From the NCBI RefSeq assembly GCF_006345805.1, contig NC_043013.1:26288001-26352000 (forward strand): DNA of 64,000 nt. Reading direction: 5' to 3'. The stretch is from Octopus sinensis. Its lineage: Eukaryota. The notes under the pieces were generated by a model. The model ran no database searches. It was given only the letters and a program-made list of their open reading frames with translations, and was not told the origin of the DNA. The position numbers were made by a program, and so were the translations under genes. This document shows positions 13,941 to 26,725 of the stretch, piece by piece (position 1 is the stretch's first letter; each line of letters begins with the position of its first letter).

Positions 13941-14157
13941 CCCTTTTGTTACTGTATTTATTTTGAGATGCTCTGTTTCTTTCAATTACTTTGACAATAA
14001 CCAAGAATTTAGTAAAATAACTTAGTTATCATTCAGCTAGTGTTAGGAACATAAATTGTGACTAAGGTTTGGTGGAATATTTTAATTCAAAACTTATGAA
14101 AACAAGACATTGTACTCAGAGTCACAGCTAGTTTCAGCTGGGTTGGTAACAAAAGGG
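13941..14157. mobile_element. piggyBac-type MITE (217 bp)
   Basis: TIRs cccttttgttac / gtaacaaaaggg, flanked by TTAA on the left and CTAA on the right (TTAA-type TSD). Confidence 0.75.
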
Positions 14158-14351
14158 CTAAAAGTTTAATTCCCTGCATAAGAAGTTTAGGAACGTTCAT
14201 CTAGTCGTTAAATTCTTTATTTCCCTGTTAATGAAGTATCACCATTCAACTTTCAGATTCTATTTTCTAGATTTTCTTTCCCTCTCTCTTTTGTACACGC
14301 ACATTTATTTCTGTATGTATTTTACTTATGTATGTATGCATGTGTATATAT

Positions 14352-17300
14352 CATCATCATCATCATCATAATCATCGTTTAACGTCCACTTTCCATGCTA
14401 GCATAGGTTGGACGGTTCAACTGGGGTCTGGCAAGCCCGAAGGCTGCACCAGTCCAGTCAGATCTGGCAGTGTTTCTACAGCTGGATGCCCTTCCTAACG
14501 CCAACCACTCCGAGAGTGTAGTGGGTGATTTTATGTGCCACCGACACAGGTGCCAGACGAGGCTGGCAGACGGCCACGCTCGGATGTTGTTTTTTATGTG
14601 CCACCGACACAGGTGCCAGACGAGGCTGGCGAACGGCCACGATCGGATGGTGTTTGTTACGTGCCCACAGCACGGAGGCCAGTTGATGCGGTACTGGCTA
14701 CGGCCACGTTCGGATGGTTTTCTTATGTGCCACCGGCACTGGTACCACAAGGATACAAATTCCATTGATGTTCATCTATTTTGATTTGGTTTGATTTGAT
14801 GATTTGATTTTCACTTGACTCAACAGGTCTTCACAAGTGTCACAAGAAGGAAGGTATGCACAGGTGGACTGACTACATCCCAGGTAGGGGCCACGGGTTA
14901 TGACTTCACTAGTCTTGCCGGGTCTTCTCACGCACAGCATACTTCCATAGGTCTCGGTCTCTAGTCATTTCCATGGTGAGACCTAATGTTTGAAGGTCGT
15001 GCTTCACCACCTCGTCCCAGGTTTTCCTGGGTCTACCTCTTTCATGGGTTCCCTCAACTGCTAGGGATTGGCACTTTCTCACACACCTATCTTCATCCAT
15101 TCTTGCCACATGACCATACCAGCGCAATCGTCTCTCTTGCACACCACAACTGATGCTTCTTAGGTACAACATTTCTCTCAAGGAACTAACGCTCTGTCGA
15201 GTAAGTATACTGACATTACACATCCATCGGAGCATACTGGCTTCATTCCTCATGAGCTTACACATGTCCTCAGCAGTCATGGCCCATGTTTCACTGCCAT
15301 GTAGCATGGCAGTTCGTACACATGCATCATACAGTCTGTCTTTTACTCTGAGCGAGAGGCCTTTAGTCACCAGCAGAGGTAAGAGCTCCCTAAACTTTGC
15401 CCAGGCTATTCTTATTCTAGCAGTTACACTCTCAGCGCACCCTCCCCTACTACTGACTTGGTCACCTAGATAACGGAAGCTATCAACAATTTCTAGTTTT
15501 TCCCCCTGGAAAGTGACGGAAGTTGTTTTCTGCAGATTTTCGGAGGTCAATGCTCCCGAGCATCTGCCACATACAAAAACTGTCTTCCCAGTTAGCCTAC
15601 CTTTGACATTGCTGCACCTCTTATGTGTCCATAGCTTACACTGGGTACATCTTATAGAGTTTCTACCTACACCTTTTCTACAGATCGAGCAGGGCCATCT
15701 TCCTGAAGACATTTGTGGATTGTCTACCTTTCTACTTATTAGTACTTTGGTTTTAGCTAGGTTGACTCTAAGGCCCCTCGATTCTAAACCCTCCTTCCAC
15801 ACCTGGAACTTCTCCTCCAGTTCTGATAGTGACTCAGCAAATAGCAAGGTCATCAGCATAGAGGAGCTCCCAGGGGCAACCTGTCTTGAATTCCTCCGCA
15901 ATTGCCTGGAGGACTATGATAAATAGGAGGGGGCTGAGTACTGAACCCTGGTGGACCCCAACCTCTACTTTGATTCTTCTGTGTACATGTTGCCAACCCT
16001 AACCTTACTTGCGGCATCTCTGTACATGGCTTGCACAGCCCTCACCAGCCATTCATCTATCCCTAGTTTCCTCTCATTGACCACCAGATGAGGGATCGGG
16101 GGACCCTATCAAAGGCTTTCTCCATGTCAACGAAAGCCAGGTACAGGGGCTTATCTTTGGCTAGGTATTTCTCCTGCAGCTGCCTTACCAGGAATATAGC
16201 ATCAGTGGTGCTTTTCCTGGCATGAACCTAAACTGCATCTCATCTAAACTAACTCTCTCTCTAATTAGTTGGGCTATGACCCTCTCCGTAACCTTCATTA
16301 CCTGATCCAACAGCTTGATACCTCTGTAATTATTTGTATCTAGGGCATCACCTTACCTTTGTAGCAGTTGACTAGTATACTGCTACACCAGTCATTGGGT
16401 ATGACTCCTTCGTGTATCACCTGGTTGACTATACGGGTGACTAGGTTATAGCCGACACTGCCAGATATTTTGAGCATCTCTGCAGTAATCCTGATGGGCC
16501 TGGGGCTTCCCTGTCTTCATGCTTCTAATTGCCTTAGCTACCACGGAACTATCAACTCCGATAGCTGGTCCCTCTGTTGGGTCAACATTCGGCAGACTCT
16601 CTTATCCCATTCATTTTCTTTATTCAGCAACCTTTCATAGTGGCATCTCCAAACCTCTCTCTTTGCATCCTCATTTAGCGCAAGTGAACCATCATCCATG
16701 TGAACACACTTCTCTCCTACCACATCACGATTCTCTCTCACACACTGTCTTGCAACACGAAATACCTCAAGTCTTTCATCCTCACGGCTCAGAACATTGG
16801 CAAATTTTTTGTTATCCGCTTCCCCTCTGGCTAAATAAACCTGTCTCCTAGCTTCCCTTCTGGCTGTCTGATACAATTCCCTGCTACCACCGTTCTTCCA
16901 GTCCTTTCAAGCCTGTCTCTTTTGTCTAATAGCCCTGTCAACCACAGTGTTCCACCACCATGTTACTCTGGGTCGAGATGGTACTTTGCTCCATCCACAG
17001 ATCTGGTCAGCAGATTGTCCCGTAGAAATCTCCAGTTGTCTTCCACATTAAGTGAAGCTATATCCCCTTCTATTTCTTCAAAGGCTTCGAGTAGTATGTC
17101 TCTAAATCTCTGTCCATTTGCAGGATCTTTAAGCTTCCAGACCCTTCTCCTCCAAGCTGGTCTTCTTCTGGGCAACCATTTAGCTCTGATCCTAAAGTCG
17201 CTAACTACTAATCTATGTTGAGGAGTACATTCTTCGCCTGGAAAGGTTTTGGCATTTATAATCAGCCCTCTTTCCCTTTTTCTGGCAAGGATGTAGTCAA

Positions 17301-17700
17301 TCTGGCTGGTGTGTCTGCCAGAACGGTAGGTGACTAGGTGAGAGGTGGGTTTCCTGAAGTTGGTATTGCAGACCATAAGGTCATTTGCATCGCAGAACTC
17401 CAGCAGCCTGGTTCCCTCCTCATTACGAGAGCCAAAACCGTAGCCTCCATGGACGCCATGGAAGCCCCCGACATGCCGTCCAACATGTCCATTGAAATCA
17501 CCTGCCACGAAGAGAAGGTCACTGTCATTTGTCAACGAGGTAGTCCGCAATAGGGTGTCATAGAATTGGTCTTTTTGTCCTTCCGGTAGCCCTGGTTGAG
17601 GGGCATATGCCGAGATGATGGTAGCTGTCCTATGGTGAAGGACTAATCTAATTTTAATTACTCTGTCACTTACTCTGACTACCTCGATTACCTTACCTAC

Positions 17701-17702
<2 letters not shown>
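14352..17702 (-). mobile_element. RTE-clade LINE, 5'-truncated within the APE endonuclease: APE + RT + PHD-like insert + 3' UTR + (CAT)n tail
   Basis: ORF 16963..17742 has APE motifs (SAYAPQ, GDFNGHVG, SQIDYIL, HRLVV). RT has GKAPGP, YADD at about 15850, LRWYGHVARM and RGRPRKTW. Several frameshifts. Confidence 0.95.
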
Positions 17703-17735
<33 letters not shown>

Positions 17736-19328
17736 TATGCATGTATATCTGTATGTATGCATATTATTCTTAAATAAGAATACAGTTGATCATAACTGCA
17801 AAGTTTCAGCCAGCTACGTCATCATCAGACTGTTTAATTAGCCAAAACTTGTATGTATGTATGTATGTATGTATGTATGTATGTATGTATGCATGCATGT
17901 ACAATGTGCTTCTTATAGTTTCCATGTACCAAATCCACTCACAAGGCTTTACAGATTATATAGTGTTGCTGTCATACAAAAGTATTAATGAAATTCCAAA
18001 CTTCAAATTTAAAGAATAATCAATAAAACAGACAATTTTAAAAGAATTACTTCGTTTCCTTGAATACTTGGTAACTTTTGTAGCTCATTTCTATTTCTCG
18101 CCTGTGCTTGATCATCACTTGGAAGATTTGATTTTACCGTGCTGAAATCAGTAAATGATAGAATTCAAGATTTGTAAAATGAATTTGTTATGATGAGCCT
18201 AGAGTCTAGTATTTCAGTCTTTATCTTTTGTTTGAGAGTGAAAAATAGAAGGAAGATTGTGTTTTTGCTGAAATGGAATCAAGAAAATGGAAAAGGAATT
18301 AAAGTTAAAGAAATGATGTGGGAGGTGTGTATTTCCAGAGAGAGTAATGCAACGATTCGGTCAGATGTCAAAGGTGAGGGTTAACAAAGAGTAAATGAAG
18401 CTAAAAAATTTTAGACAGAAGTCAGAAAGAGACAATTTCTCAAAGACAAGTAGACATAAAAGGACTGATTACACAGTTTCTAGGTCTATTGTTAGAAATG
18501 CTATGCTACACACAGGGGCAGAGATTGCTCTTTGTGTTGCATGGACATTCTAGGTATCTTGCAAAGAAGGAAAAACTTTATTAATAAATTTGAGTAATTG
18601 AGTTTAGGGTACCTCCACAAGTTTAGAAATACTTTCTTATATTACCAACCAGGATAATAATTATAATTGGAGTATAATTGTTGGTAATGATTAAGACCAT
18701 AATATAATTAGAATAATAATTAGAGTCCTTCATTACACCAACTATATCAACCTTTGTAATATTTCTGATTTTAATGTTTAATATATGATCAATAAGTGTA
18801 ATAAGAGAAGCTGGTATGCATGGGCGAATGATGGTCTTCCACAAACAATTTTCCCCAGATTTATGCCTCGGATGGAAACTTTCTAGATGCATCCCATGGT
18901 TATTCCATTCATGAGTGAAGAGGGTCTTTACCCTTTATACATGCACATATACATACATACATATTAATGTCCATTTTTCCATGATTGAGGTAAATTTTCT
19001 ACAGCTAGGTGTCTTTCTTTTATTACTGGTCACTTTTTTTATGCTTGATGCCCTTCCTACAGTCAGGTCTCACCTGTTTCAAAGCAAGGTAACTTTTCCT
19101 TATGGTCACAGGTTTGCGCAGAATATTGGAAATGAATGACACTACCTGTATGACTGTCATGCGCCTACATGATGTCAAGACAAAAAGACATGACATATAT
19201 ATGTGTAATATATATTGAGTGTGAAGTGCATTGAATAATCATCCTGAGGAGGCCTCCTCCTGGGGTTAAAATAGCAATATTGTCTGTTCTCATAGAACAC
19301 CCACTTTTAAGAGGCAATAAACATTACT

Positions 19329-19360
<32 letters not shown>

Positions 19361-19593
19361 CACACACACAATTTGTAGAATGTATATTGGTTCTGTACCA
19401 AGTTGGATTTGAATTGAATTAAAGTTTGTCAACACTTACAATTTTTCCTTTCCTTATACTTTATTTACTGTTTTCATAAACACAGAATATATATTTTCAT
19501 ATATATTCTTTATACGGACTATGCCTGTGGACTTGGATGTTTGACGTCCCTTTAGAGGATTTCGGTCCTCACCTATTTTATATGTGTGTGTGT

Positions 19594-19627
<34 letters not shown>

Positions 19628-19849
19628 ACAGGCAGACACTGATAGAAAGATAGATAGATAGATAGATAGATATACAATGAGTTTTTTTCGAGTTCACTCA
19701 CAAGGCTTTGGACAGTTCAAAGCTGTAGTAGAAGACACTTACCCAAGGTGCCATACAGTGAGACTGAACCCAAAACCATGCGGTTGGAATGCAATCTTCT
19801 TAATTACACTGCCAAGCTTGTGCCAATAATAATAATAATAACTCTACTC

Positions 19850-20210
19850 TGTCAGTCACAAATGACCATGGGTACACTTAAGAGGTTCCCTTCTGGAGTA
19901 CAAGTCTGTGCGGAAAGTCGCTTCACCAACGAACGCACAACCTAGGGGTGTTTTTATGGAAGACCATCAATCACCCATGTATACCAGCCTCCCCTCTCCA
20001 CACCACCAATGTTATCCAAGGAAAAGGCAGAGGGGCCAATACAGCTTGGCACTAGTGACATCACAGCACATTTCTACAGCTGAGTGAACTGGAGCAACGT
20101 GAAATAAAGTGTCTTGCTCAAGAACATAACATGCAGCCTGGTCCAGGAATTGAACTCACAACCTCACGATCATAATCTCAAAGCCTTAACCACTGAGCCA
20201 TGCGCCTTCA
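19850..20210 (-). mobile_element. tRNA-derived SINE with CORE-like central segment
   Basis: Head ggcgcatggctcagtggttaag...gagttcaattcc (A/B boxes), followed by cttgagcaagacacttt...ccagttcactcagctgtagaaatg. Confidence 0.7.
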
Positions 20211-20559
20211 CAATAATAATAATAATAATAGATAGGTAGTCATATTGGATTTCATATATATGCATCTCAGTGTCACTTTGATGGCATGCACTGCTCTCTC
20301 ACTCAGTAATAATAATAATAATAATAATAACAACAACAACGACAATAATAATAATAATCCTTTCTACTATAAGCACAAGGCCTGAAATTTGGAGGAGGGT
20401 GTGTGTCAATTACCTCAACTCCAGTACACCATATCAACTCCAAAAAGAAGAAAGGCAAAAGAGACCTCAACAGAATTTGAACTCAGGAAATAAAGATGGA
20501 CAAAATGTCACTAAGCATCTTGCCTGGTGTGCTAACAATTCTACCAGCTCATAATAAGA

Positions 20560-20960
20560 ATAAAGTTCATCTGGGTCACAATGCATCTGACATGCTCGGA
20601 AGGTTCTGCTGCAGGTCAGGCACTGGTGGTCTGCTAAGAATGAAGGCAAAGAGTTAGCTCTGGACTTGTACTGCTCACATTTTCTTTACATTCCTCTGAT
20701 CCTATTTTGTTTATAGGAAATGGCACTTCTGTTGGTGTCGCTACCTATGCCAGGCAGGGTGGTCCTGTGCTTGCATTTGCCAGGTGTTAGGGCTGGTCTG
20801 AAAGCACTTTAGTGAAGCTTTCAGAGTATCTTTAAAGCACTTTTTCTGCCCACCTTGTTTGTACTTGCATTCTGCCAATTCACTATAGAACAGTCTTTTG
20901 GTTATCTGTGTGTCAACCACTCAAACAAAGTGGCAACCAACCTAAACTGTCCTCTCCTCA
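20560..20960 (-). pseudogene. RTE/BovB-like LINE 3' fragment with C-terminal zinc-finger remnant
   Basis: Frameshifted translation resembles PKQLFYGEL...GGQKKRFKDxLK; ORF 20467..20649 has HQCLTCSRTFRA. Confidence 0.65.
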
Positions 20961-21217
20961 GTAATGTGTATTTATGTATATACATATGTATATATATATA
21001 TATATATATATAACGGGAAGCTTTATGAAAATAAACAAAAGACGAAGGCAGGTGGAAAACAAACGAACAATTGTATTAGTATGGCGCTCAGGAAATATAA
21101 ATAAAACAAGTCTTTAACGTTTCGAGCCTACGCCACAGAGAGAGAAAAACACAGAAAGAGGAGAGAAAAAAAATGCGTGCAGTAGCTAACGAATCAACAT
21201 GGCGATATATATATATA

Positions 21218-21262
<45 letters not shown>

Positions 21263-21292
21263 ATATATATATGCACACACACACACACACAG

Positions 21293-21337
<45 letters not shown>

Positions 21338-21394
21338 TGACTACTAAATCCACTAGTTTTTTTTTTATTCTTTCTCTGTTTATTTCCTTGTGTT

Positions 21395-21432
21395 CCTTTC
21401 TGTTGAAGAGCATAGGCTAGAAACGTAAAAGG
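21395..21432 (+). ncRNA. Degenerate hammerhead-like motif in an inverted Penelope-type terminus pair (about 21010-21520)
   Basis: CCTTT-CTGTTGA-AGAGC(atag)GCTA-GAAA-CG-TA-AAAGG: stem I intact, A6 and the stem II closing pair mutated. An inverted partner (gtttcgagcctacgc) lies at about 21120. Confidence 0.35.
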
Positions 21433-21516
21433 CTTTCTCACTTTCCCAAGCATCAAACTAATACACCTGCTTGTTGTTCATACACCTGTCTTCATCTTTT
21501 TTTCTGTAAATTTCAA

Positions 21517-21552
<36 letters not shown>

Positions 21553-22855
21553 TACACTCACATACACAAAGAGGTTCAACAACTAAATATCAGATTGAAA
21601 TATGAATTGTGCTTGAATTGCTTGATTAAAACCTTTAAGGTGGTGCCAAATCATGACAGTGGCTCAATGGTTGAAACCAGTAAAAGGATTAAAGTATGCA
21701 TCTTTCCAGCTCAACCGAAGTCATTTCTATCATCCCTTCTATAATGTGAGTTGCCATGGAGCTCCTCTACAGAAAGCAAGAAAGAAACCTGTTGTGTTCT
21801 GGTCTCACACAGTAACCCCTCATCTTTTAGCATAAAGCCACTGCCTTCTCAGTCAAAGGATATCATAGTCATGTAAGCTACTTGGCAATCTCCTTAATGC
21901 TGATGCAATGAGAAAACATCCAGCACACTTTGTGAAGTAGTTGACATAAGAAGGACATCCAGATGTAGAAAATAGACATTGAAGTAGGCATTGATGAATG
22001 ATGTAGTTATTCAATGCATCATATCCTATCAAACCATCCAAACCATACCAGTATGAACACGGCCACGAAATAATGATAATGATGTATATATATATATGCA
22101 CATGTGTGTGCATAGGAGTGTGTGAGTGTATGTGTTTGTGATCAGGCATGTATATGTATCTGTGTCTCTGTGCATGTGTGCATGTGCATGCATGCATGAC
22201 TATCAGTAGCAAGCACAATGACTTTCCCAATGAATTCACAAACTAGTTTCTGCTTCTGCTTAATTCTAATTCATATCAATCTGTTCCTCATTAAAATGCT
22301 ATATGTTTTGTCAACATTATTAATGTTATGATTGTCTTGAGAATGACAAGTTTGCAGGAATGATGCATTGCTATACTAAATGCCAGGTAAATTTAACTTT
22401 AAGTCTACAGATGATTTCAATTCCTCTCCAACTGAAAATGATATAAGCCTTTCTACTTTAAGCACAAAGTCTGAAATTTTGAGGGAAAGTGGATACTCAA
22501 TTACATTGCTCCCAGTATTCAACTGGTATTTATTTCCTCAACCTCAAAAAAAACGAAAGGCAAAGTTGACCCCAGCAGAATCTGAAGTCAGAAAATAAAG
22601 TCTGAAGAAATGCCACAAAGCATTTTCTTTGATTCTTCCAGTTCATCAACTTACTGAAAGTAAAATAATACAAATTGTATTATTAAAAAAATTTTGTTTG
22701 TGAAATTTAAGGAAATAACATATATTTTAATTTCTTTAAGGACCAGGTAACTCAAAGTAAGAAGTTTTCAATCATTCCTAAATCTTAAGTGAAATGTGCT
22801 GTTTGGAAATGATCTACATATGTCATCAAATTTAAGAACATATCTGTTGCATTAC

Positions 22856-22896
22856 CTCAATTTTATGTAATGTCTCACCCATTGCTTCATTGCATT
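22856..22896 (-). CDS. TRPM: TRPM coding exon 2: NAMKQWVRHYIKL
   Basis: Acceptor ttttattttgcag|, donor AG|gtaatg, 41 nt, phase 0 to 2. Resembles the TRPM W-I-x-x-x-I-K-K-R-E-C start of MHR1. Confidence 0.8.
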
Positions 22897-23038
22897 CTGC
22901 AAAATAAAAGAAACAATAGTAAATATTAGAGCGAATGATGAAGTTAAAACTTCCAACTTTTGACATTAATGCAGTAACACTGTAGGTTAATGGAATATGT
23001 GTAGTTTCTTGCAGAGCATCAATGGGAAGAATGAACTT

Positions 23039-23265
23039 ATTTCTTTATTGCCCACAAGGGGATAAACATAGAGGGGACAAACAAGGACACACAAATGGAT
23101 TAAGTCGATTACATCGACCCCAGTGCGTAACTGGTACTTAATTTATCGACCCTGAAAGGATGAAAGGCAAAGTCGACCTTGGCGGAATTTGAACTCAGAA
23201 CATAACAGCAAACGAAATACCGCTAAGCATTTCACCCAGTGTGCTAATGATTCTGCCAGCTCACC
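23039..23265 (-). mobile_element. SINE family B (full-length-like copy)
   Basis: gagctggcagaatcattagcac...gttctgagttcaaattccgccaaggtcgactttgcctttcatcc...tttagccccttgtgggcaataaagaa. Related copies at about 3500-3680, 20350-20560, 27000-27410, 27940-28130, 36440-36600 and 47770-48130. Confidence 0.85.
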
Positions 23266-23559
23266 TCTTTATACAGGAAGAATGAACTATCTTATTGTTA
23301 CCACCAGAGGTACAATGTCACAGTAACTAGTGCTGGTCACCACTCCAGTTTCATACACTACACTTTCAGAATTACATCAACCACCTACTGGACACTTACT
23401 GCTAACCCTGCATGAGCATCCTGCCTCTTCTGTGCATGGTTTAGGGGTGCTTGCTAATATTTCTTAATACTAGATACATAACTGAAAGAGTTGTGTCTAT
23501 TAAATAAATTCCTATAGCTATGTGACTACATGAAATGTTTGTCCCCTAAACTAACGAAA

Positions 23560-24880
23560 ATCCTTTCCACACAAGTTTTGATGTTGAGTAAGAATGGTGG
23601 TGGGTAAATCAACCGACTTTACAATAGCACTTCTTTTCATGGGTTTTAGATGTGGTCCTTAAAACCACTACATGCCAAAGCTTTATTGTAATAGGGGGCT
23701 GCAGCATCAAGAACTTCTTTATTGAAGGACTGGTTCAAAATCTTACTGATACTCTTCTCTGGATTCTTAAACAAGATAGGTGTTTGGCAGAAGAGCATGT
23801 TAATGCATGACAGCCTTTTGTTTGGTTCAGGGTAGAGCCTGTATTAACTGGTATCTAGATCCAACATAACATCTAAAAATGGTAAAATTGGTTTCAATTG
23901 TAATGTTGAGTCCAAAAGAGCTAAAAGTGCAAACTAGATCCTTCTTAAGCCTATATAAGGTATGCCCATTAGCACTGCTAGATATGGCTAGAATGTCGTC
24001 TGTATAGCCCAAAAGGGTTGATAGGAACCCCTTCGTTAAGGTGGCCACTATGTACAGTCTTATGAAATTTCAGGTATCCGCCCTGTCAAAGGCTGCCATC
24101 ACCACTTCAAAGAAGCTTACTAGGTTGGTTTGTTTGACCCACATCAAATCTTTGTTGAACAGCAGTGTTTTTCTAGCATCAGCAAGATTCCAAGAGGACA
24201 TGAGCACCTTAGCTAGTAACCCTTCTGGTATAGATGGATAAAAGTCCACTATATCAAACTGGGTGAACTTTGCCCTACCTTTATCCTGGTGGGTTTTAAA
24301 TCATGAAATGACTTCATTGGTGCTACACTATAAGGAGAGATTGAATGCTTTCTTTAAGTTGTCATTGATCTTTTTCAGTATATACTTGCTTGTCAGACCA
24401 ATTTCCAATTTAGCAGGATTAATCAGGTGGCATTTAGAATTAGAGGCAAAGTTTGGTTTATGGTCTTTGATGATGATAAAGGCACTTCTCTTAGCTAATG
24501 CTTCCACCCTGCTAGCTACAGCTAGACTATTGGCTAACCAGTTTGCTTCAGACTGAACTGAATAACTAAATCTTATTGGCCAATTTTTGCCCTTTTCACT
24601 ATGACTTCCTCACTTCTATCTGCAGGAGTTTTCGATAAAAACTTTTTCGATAAGGACTGTTTCATCCTCACTCTCAGAGTGTTTCTGACATGAGTCAGGC
24701 AAGTGTCATTAAATAGTGCCATTGCACACCCAGTTGCAACTTTTTTCTGGGTGTTTCTTTTGAATAAAGTCTGAAAGTTTCTCCCACATTCCCAACATTT
24801 CCTTTATCGCATGGCTAGGAAAACGAAGTTTTGCAAAATAACTGCAAGCTCAATTGCAAACACAAGAATAATGCTTCTGT
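23560..24880 (-). pseudogene. Decayed Penelope-like RT fragment (same type as 49825-50937)
   Basis: Translation contains ARKTLLFNKDLMWVKQ...FEVVMAAFDRAD...LGYTDDILAI...FSSFGLNITIETNF; stops and frameshifts. Confidence 0.7.
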
Positions 24881-24899
24881 AGCCTGTAACAACTAAATA

Positions 24900-25660
24900 G
24901 GCATTTTACCACCCGTTTAGCTAACAATCCTCAAACGATCTTTGCACTTGCTAATGTACATATCTGATTGGTCACCTAGATAACGGAAGCTATCTACTAC
25001 CTCTAGTTTGCCCACCTGGCAGTTAAGGGGGTCTACTTTCTGCACATATCCAACATTTATTATACCTGTGCATCTTCCACATACAAAAGCTAGTTTCCCT
25101 GTTAACCTTCCTTTGATATTGCTGTACCTCTTATGTGTCCCAAGCTTACACTGGGTGTAGCTTATGGAGTTTCTACCTACGCCTTTTCTACAGGTTGAGT
25201 TGGGCCATCTACCTGAAGGGATCTGTGATTTGTCTGCCTTCCTACTTACTAAGTCTTTGTTTTTTGCAAGATTAATTCTAAGGTTATTCAATTCTAGATC
25301 TTGTTTCCATATCAGGAACTTCTAGTTCTGGTAGTGATTCAGCTATAAGAGGAGTTCCCAGGAACAGTATGTCTTAAATTCCTCTGTTATTACCTGGAGG
25401 ACAATAATGAACAAGACAGGGTTGAGCACCAATCCTTGATGAACCCCTACTTGTAACCTGAATTCATTGCCAACTCTTACCTTACTGGCAGCATCCCTGT
25501 ACATGGTTTGCACAGCTTTCACTAACCATTCATCTATGCCTAGTTTCTTTATTGACCACCAGATAAGGGATCAGGGTACCCTGTCAAAGGATTTCTCCAA
25601 GTCAACAAAGGCGAAACACAGAGGTTTAACTTTGGCTATGTATTTCTCCTGCAGCTGTCT
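24900..25660 (-). pseudogene. RTE LINE internal fragment (family of 14352-17702)
   Basis: FLVRQLQEKYIAKVKPLCFAFVDLEKSFDRVP and a degenerate PHD-like segment (ORF 24917..25291). Confidence 0.85.
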
Positions 25661-25780
25661 TACCAGAAATATATATGTGTGTGTGTGTGTGTGTGTACAT
25701 ATCATATATATACCAACACATATATTTACATACATACATATAAAGATATGTATGTAACTATGTATACACACATATATGTG

Positions 25781-25834
<54 letters not shown>

Positions 25835-25836
<2 letters not shown>

Positions 25837-26353
25837 ATATTAGGAAATATGATTCCAATCTTACAGGGAAAAATTCAGTTTAGTAATACTAAATCAAAAT
25901 TTCACAATATATAATACATGTATATAAATTAGAGAAGAACCACCATGAAGTAATTGAACAATGATATACTTAAATCATGCCATATAGAAAAAAATTAAAG
26001 ATACGATAAAACATTTACCTAAAACAAAATAAAGTACTAAATAATAAACAAATTGTATATAATTAGTAAATAGACTACACGTATTTCGTGGCTATATTTT
26101 CAAATTCATAACAATAAAATCAATTCAATTTAAATATAGTCACTCATCAGGTCTAAGATAAAAATTTAAAAATAAATAAATGTATGTATACTATCTTATA
26201 ACAAAATATCTTATACTATTTATTTATTATTTAGTACTTTATTTAGTTTTAGGTAAATGTTTTATAGTATCTTTAATTTTTTTCTATATGGTATGATTTA
26301 AGTATATCATTGTTGAATTGCTTCATGGTGGTTCTTTTCTAATTTATATACAT
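25835..26353. mobile_element. Penelope-derived non-coding foldback element with about 135-bp inverted arms (about 25916-26050 / 26218-26353)
   Basis: Arms are reverse complements (gaaccaccatgaag...ataataaa / tttattat...cttcatggtggttc). The ttacagggaaaaa module is shared with 54880-54945. The HHR sits in the spacer. Confidence 0.7.
26071..26155 (-). ncRNA. Type I hammerhead ribozyme, canonical core
   Basis: TAGAC-CTGATGA-GTGACTATATTT[loop]AAATATAGCCAC-GAAA-T-ACGT-G-TA^GTCTA: 5-bp stem I, 11/12-bp stem II, palindromic stem III loop. Predicted cut between 26076 and 26075. Confidence 0.85.
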
Positions 26354-26692
26354 GCATTATATGTGTGTGTGTGTGTGCGTGTGCATGTATGTGTGTGTGT
26401 GTATACATACACACACACTAGTAAGCCAGAGTTATGCAAGACACCTGTCTGTTTTGGCTTGCTTTCTACTGCTGGATTCCATTTCTAACATCAACCACTC
26501 TATGTGTCAGACAGAATTCTTCAATGCAAATTTTCCATAGTATGATGCAAGACATTATTTCTCCAAGACCAAACATATTTTCACATGAACCTAGAGATGA
26601 GTGATTCCTACTTATATAACAATGATACACATCTATAATTATTCTATGACATCAAGACAAGAAGATACAACTACACACATGCATACACACGC

Positions 26693-26725
<33 letters not shown>

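Noticed and set aside
14379-14784. Overlapping ORFs of 65-128 aa (also 39336-40026)
   Set aside because: They lie in the internally repetitive RTE 3' UTR or antisense to RT; not independent genes.
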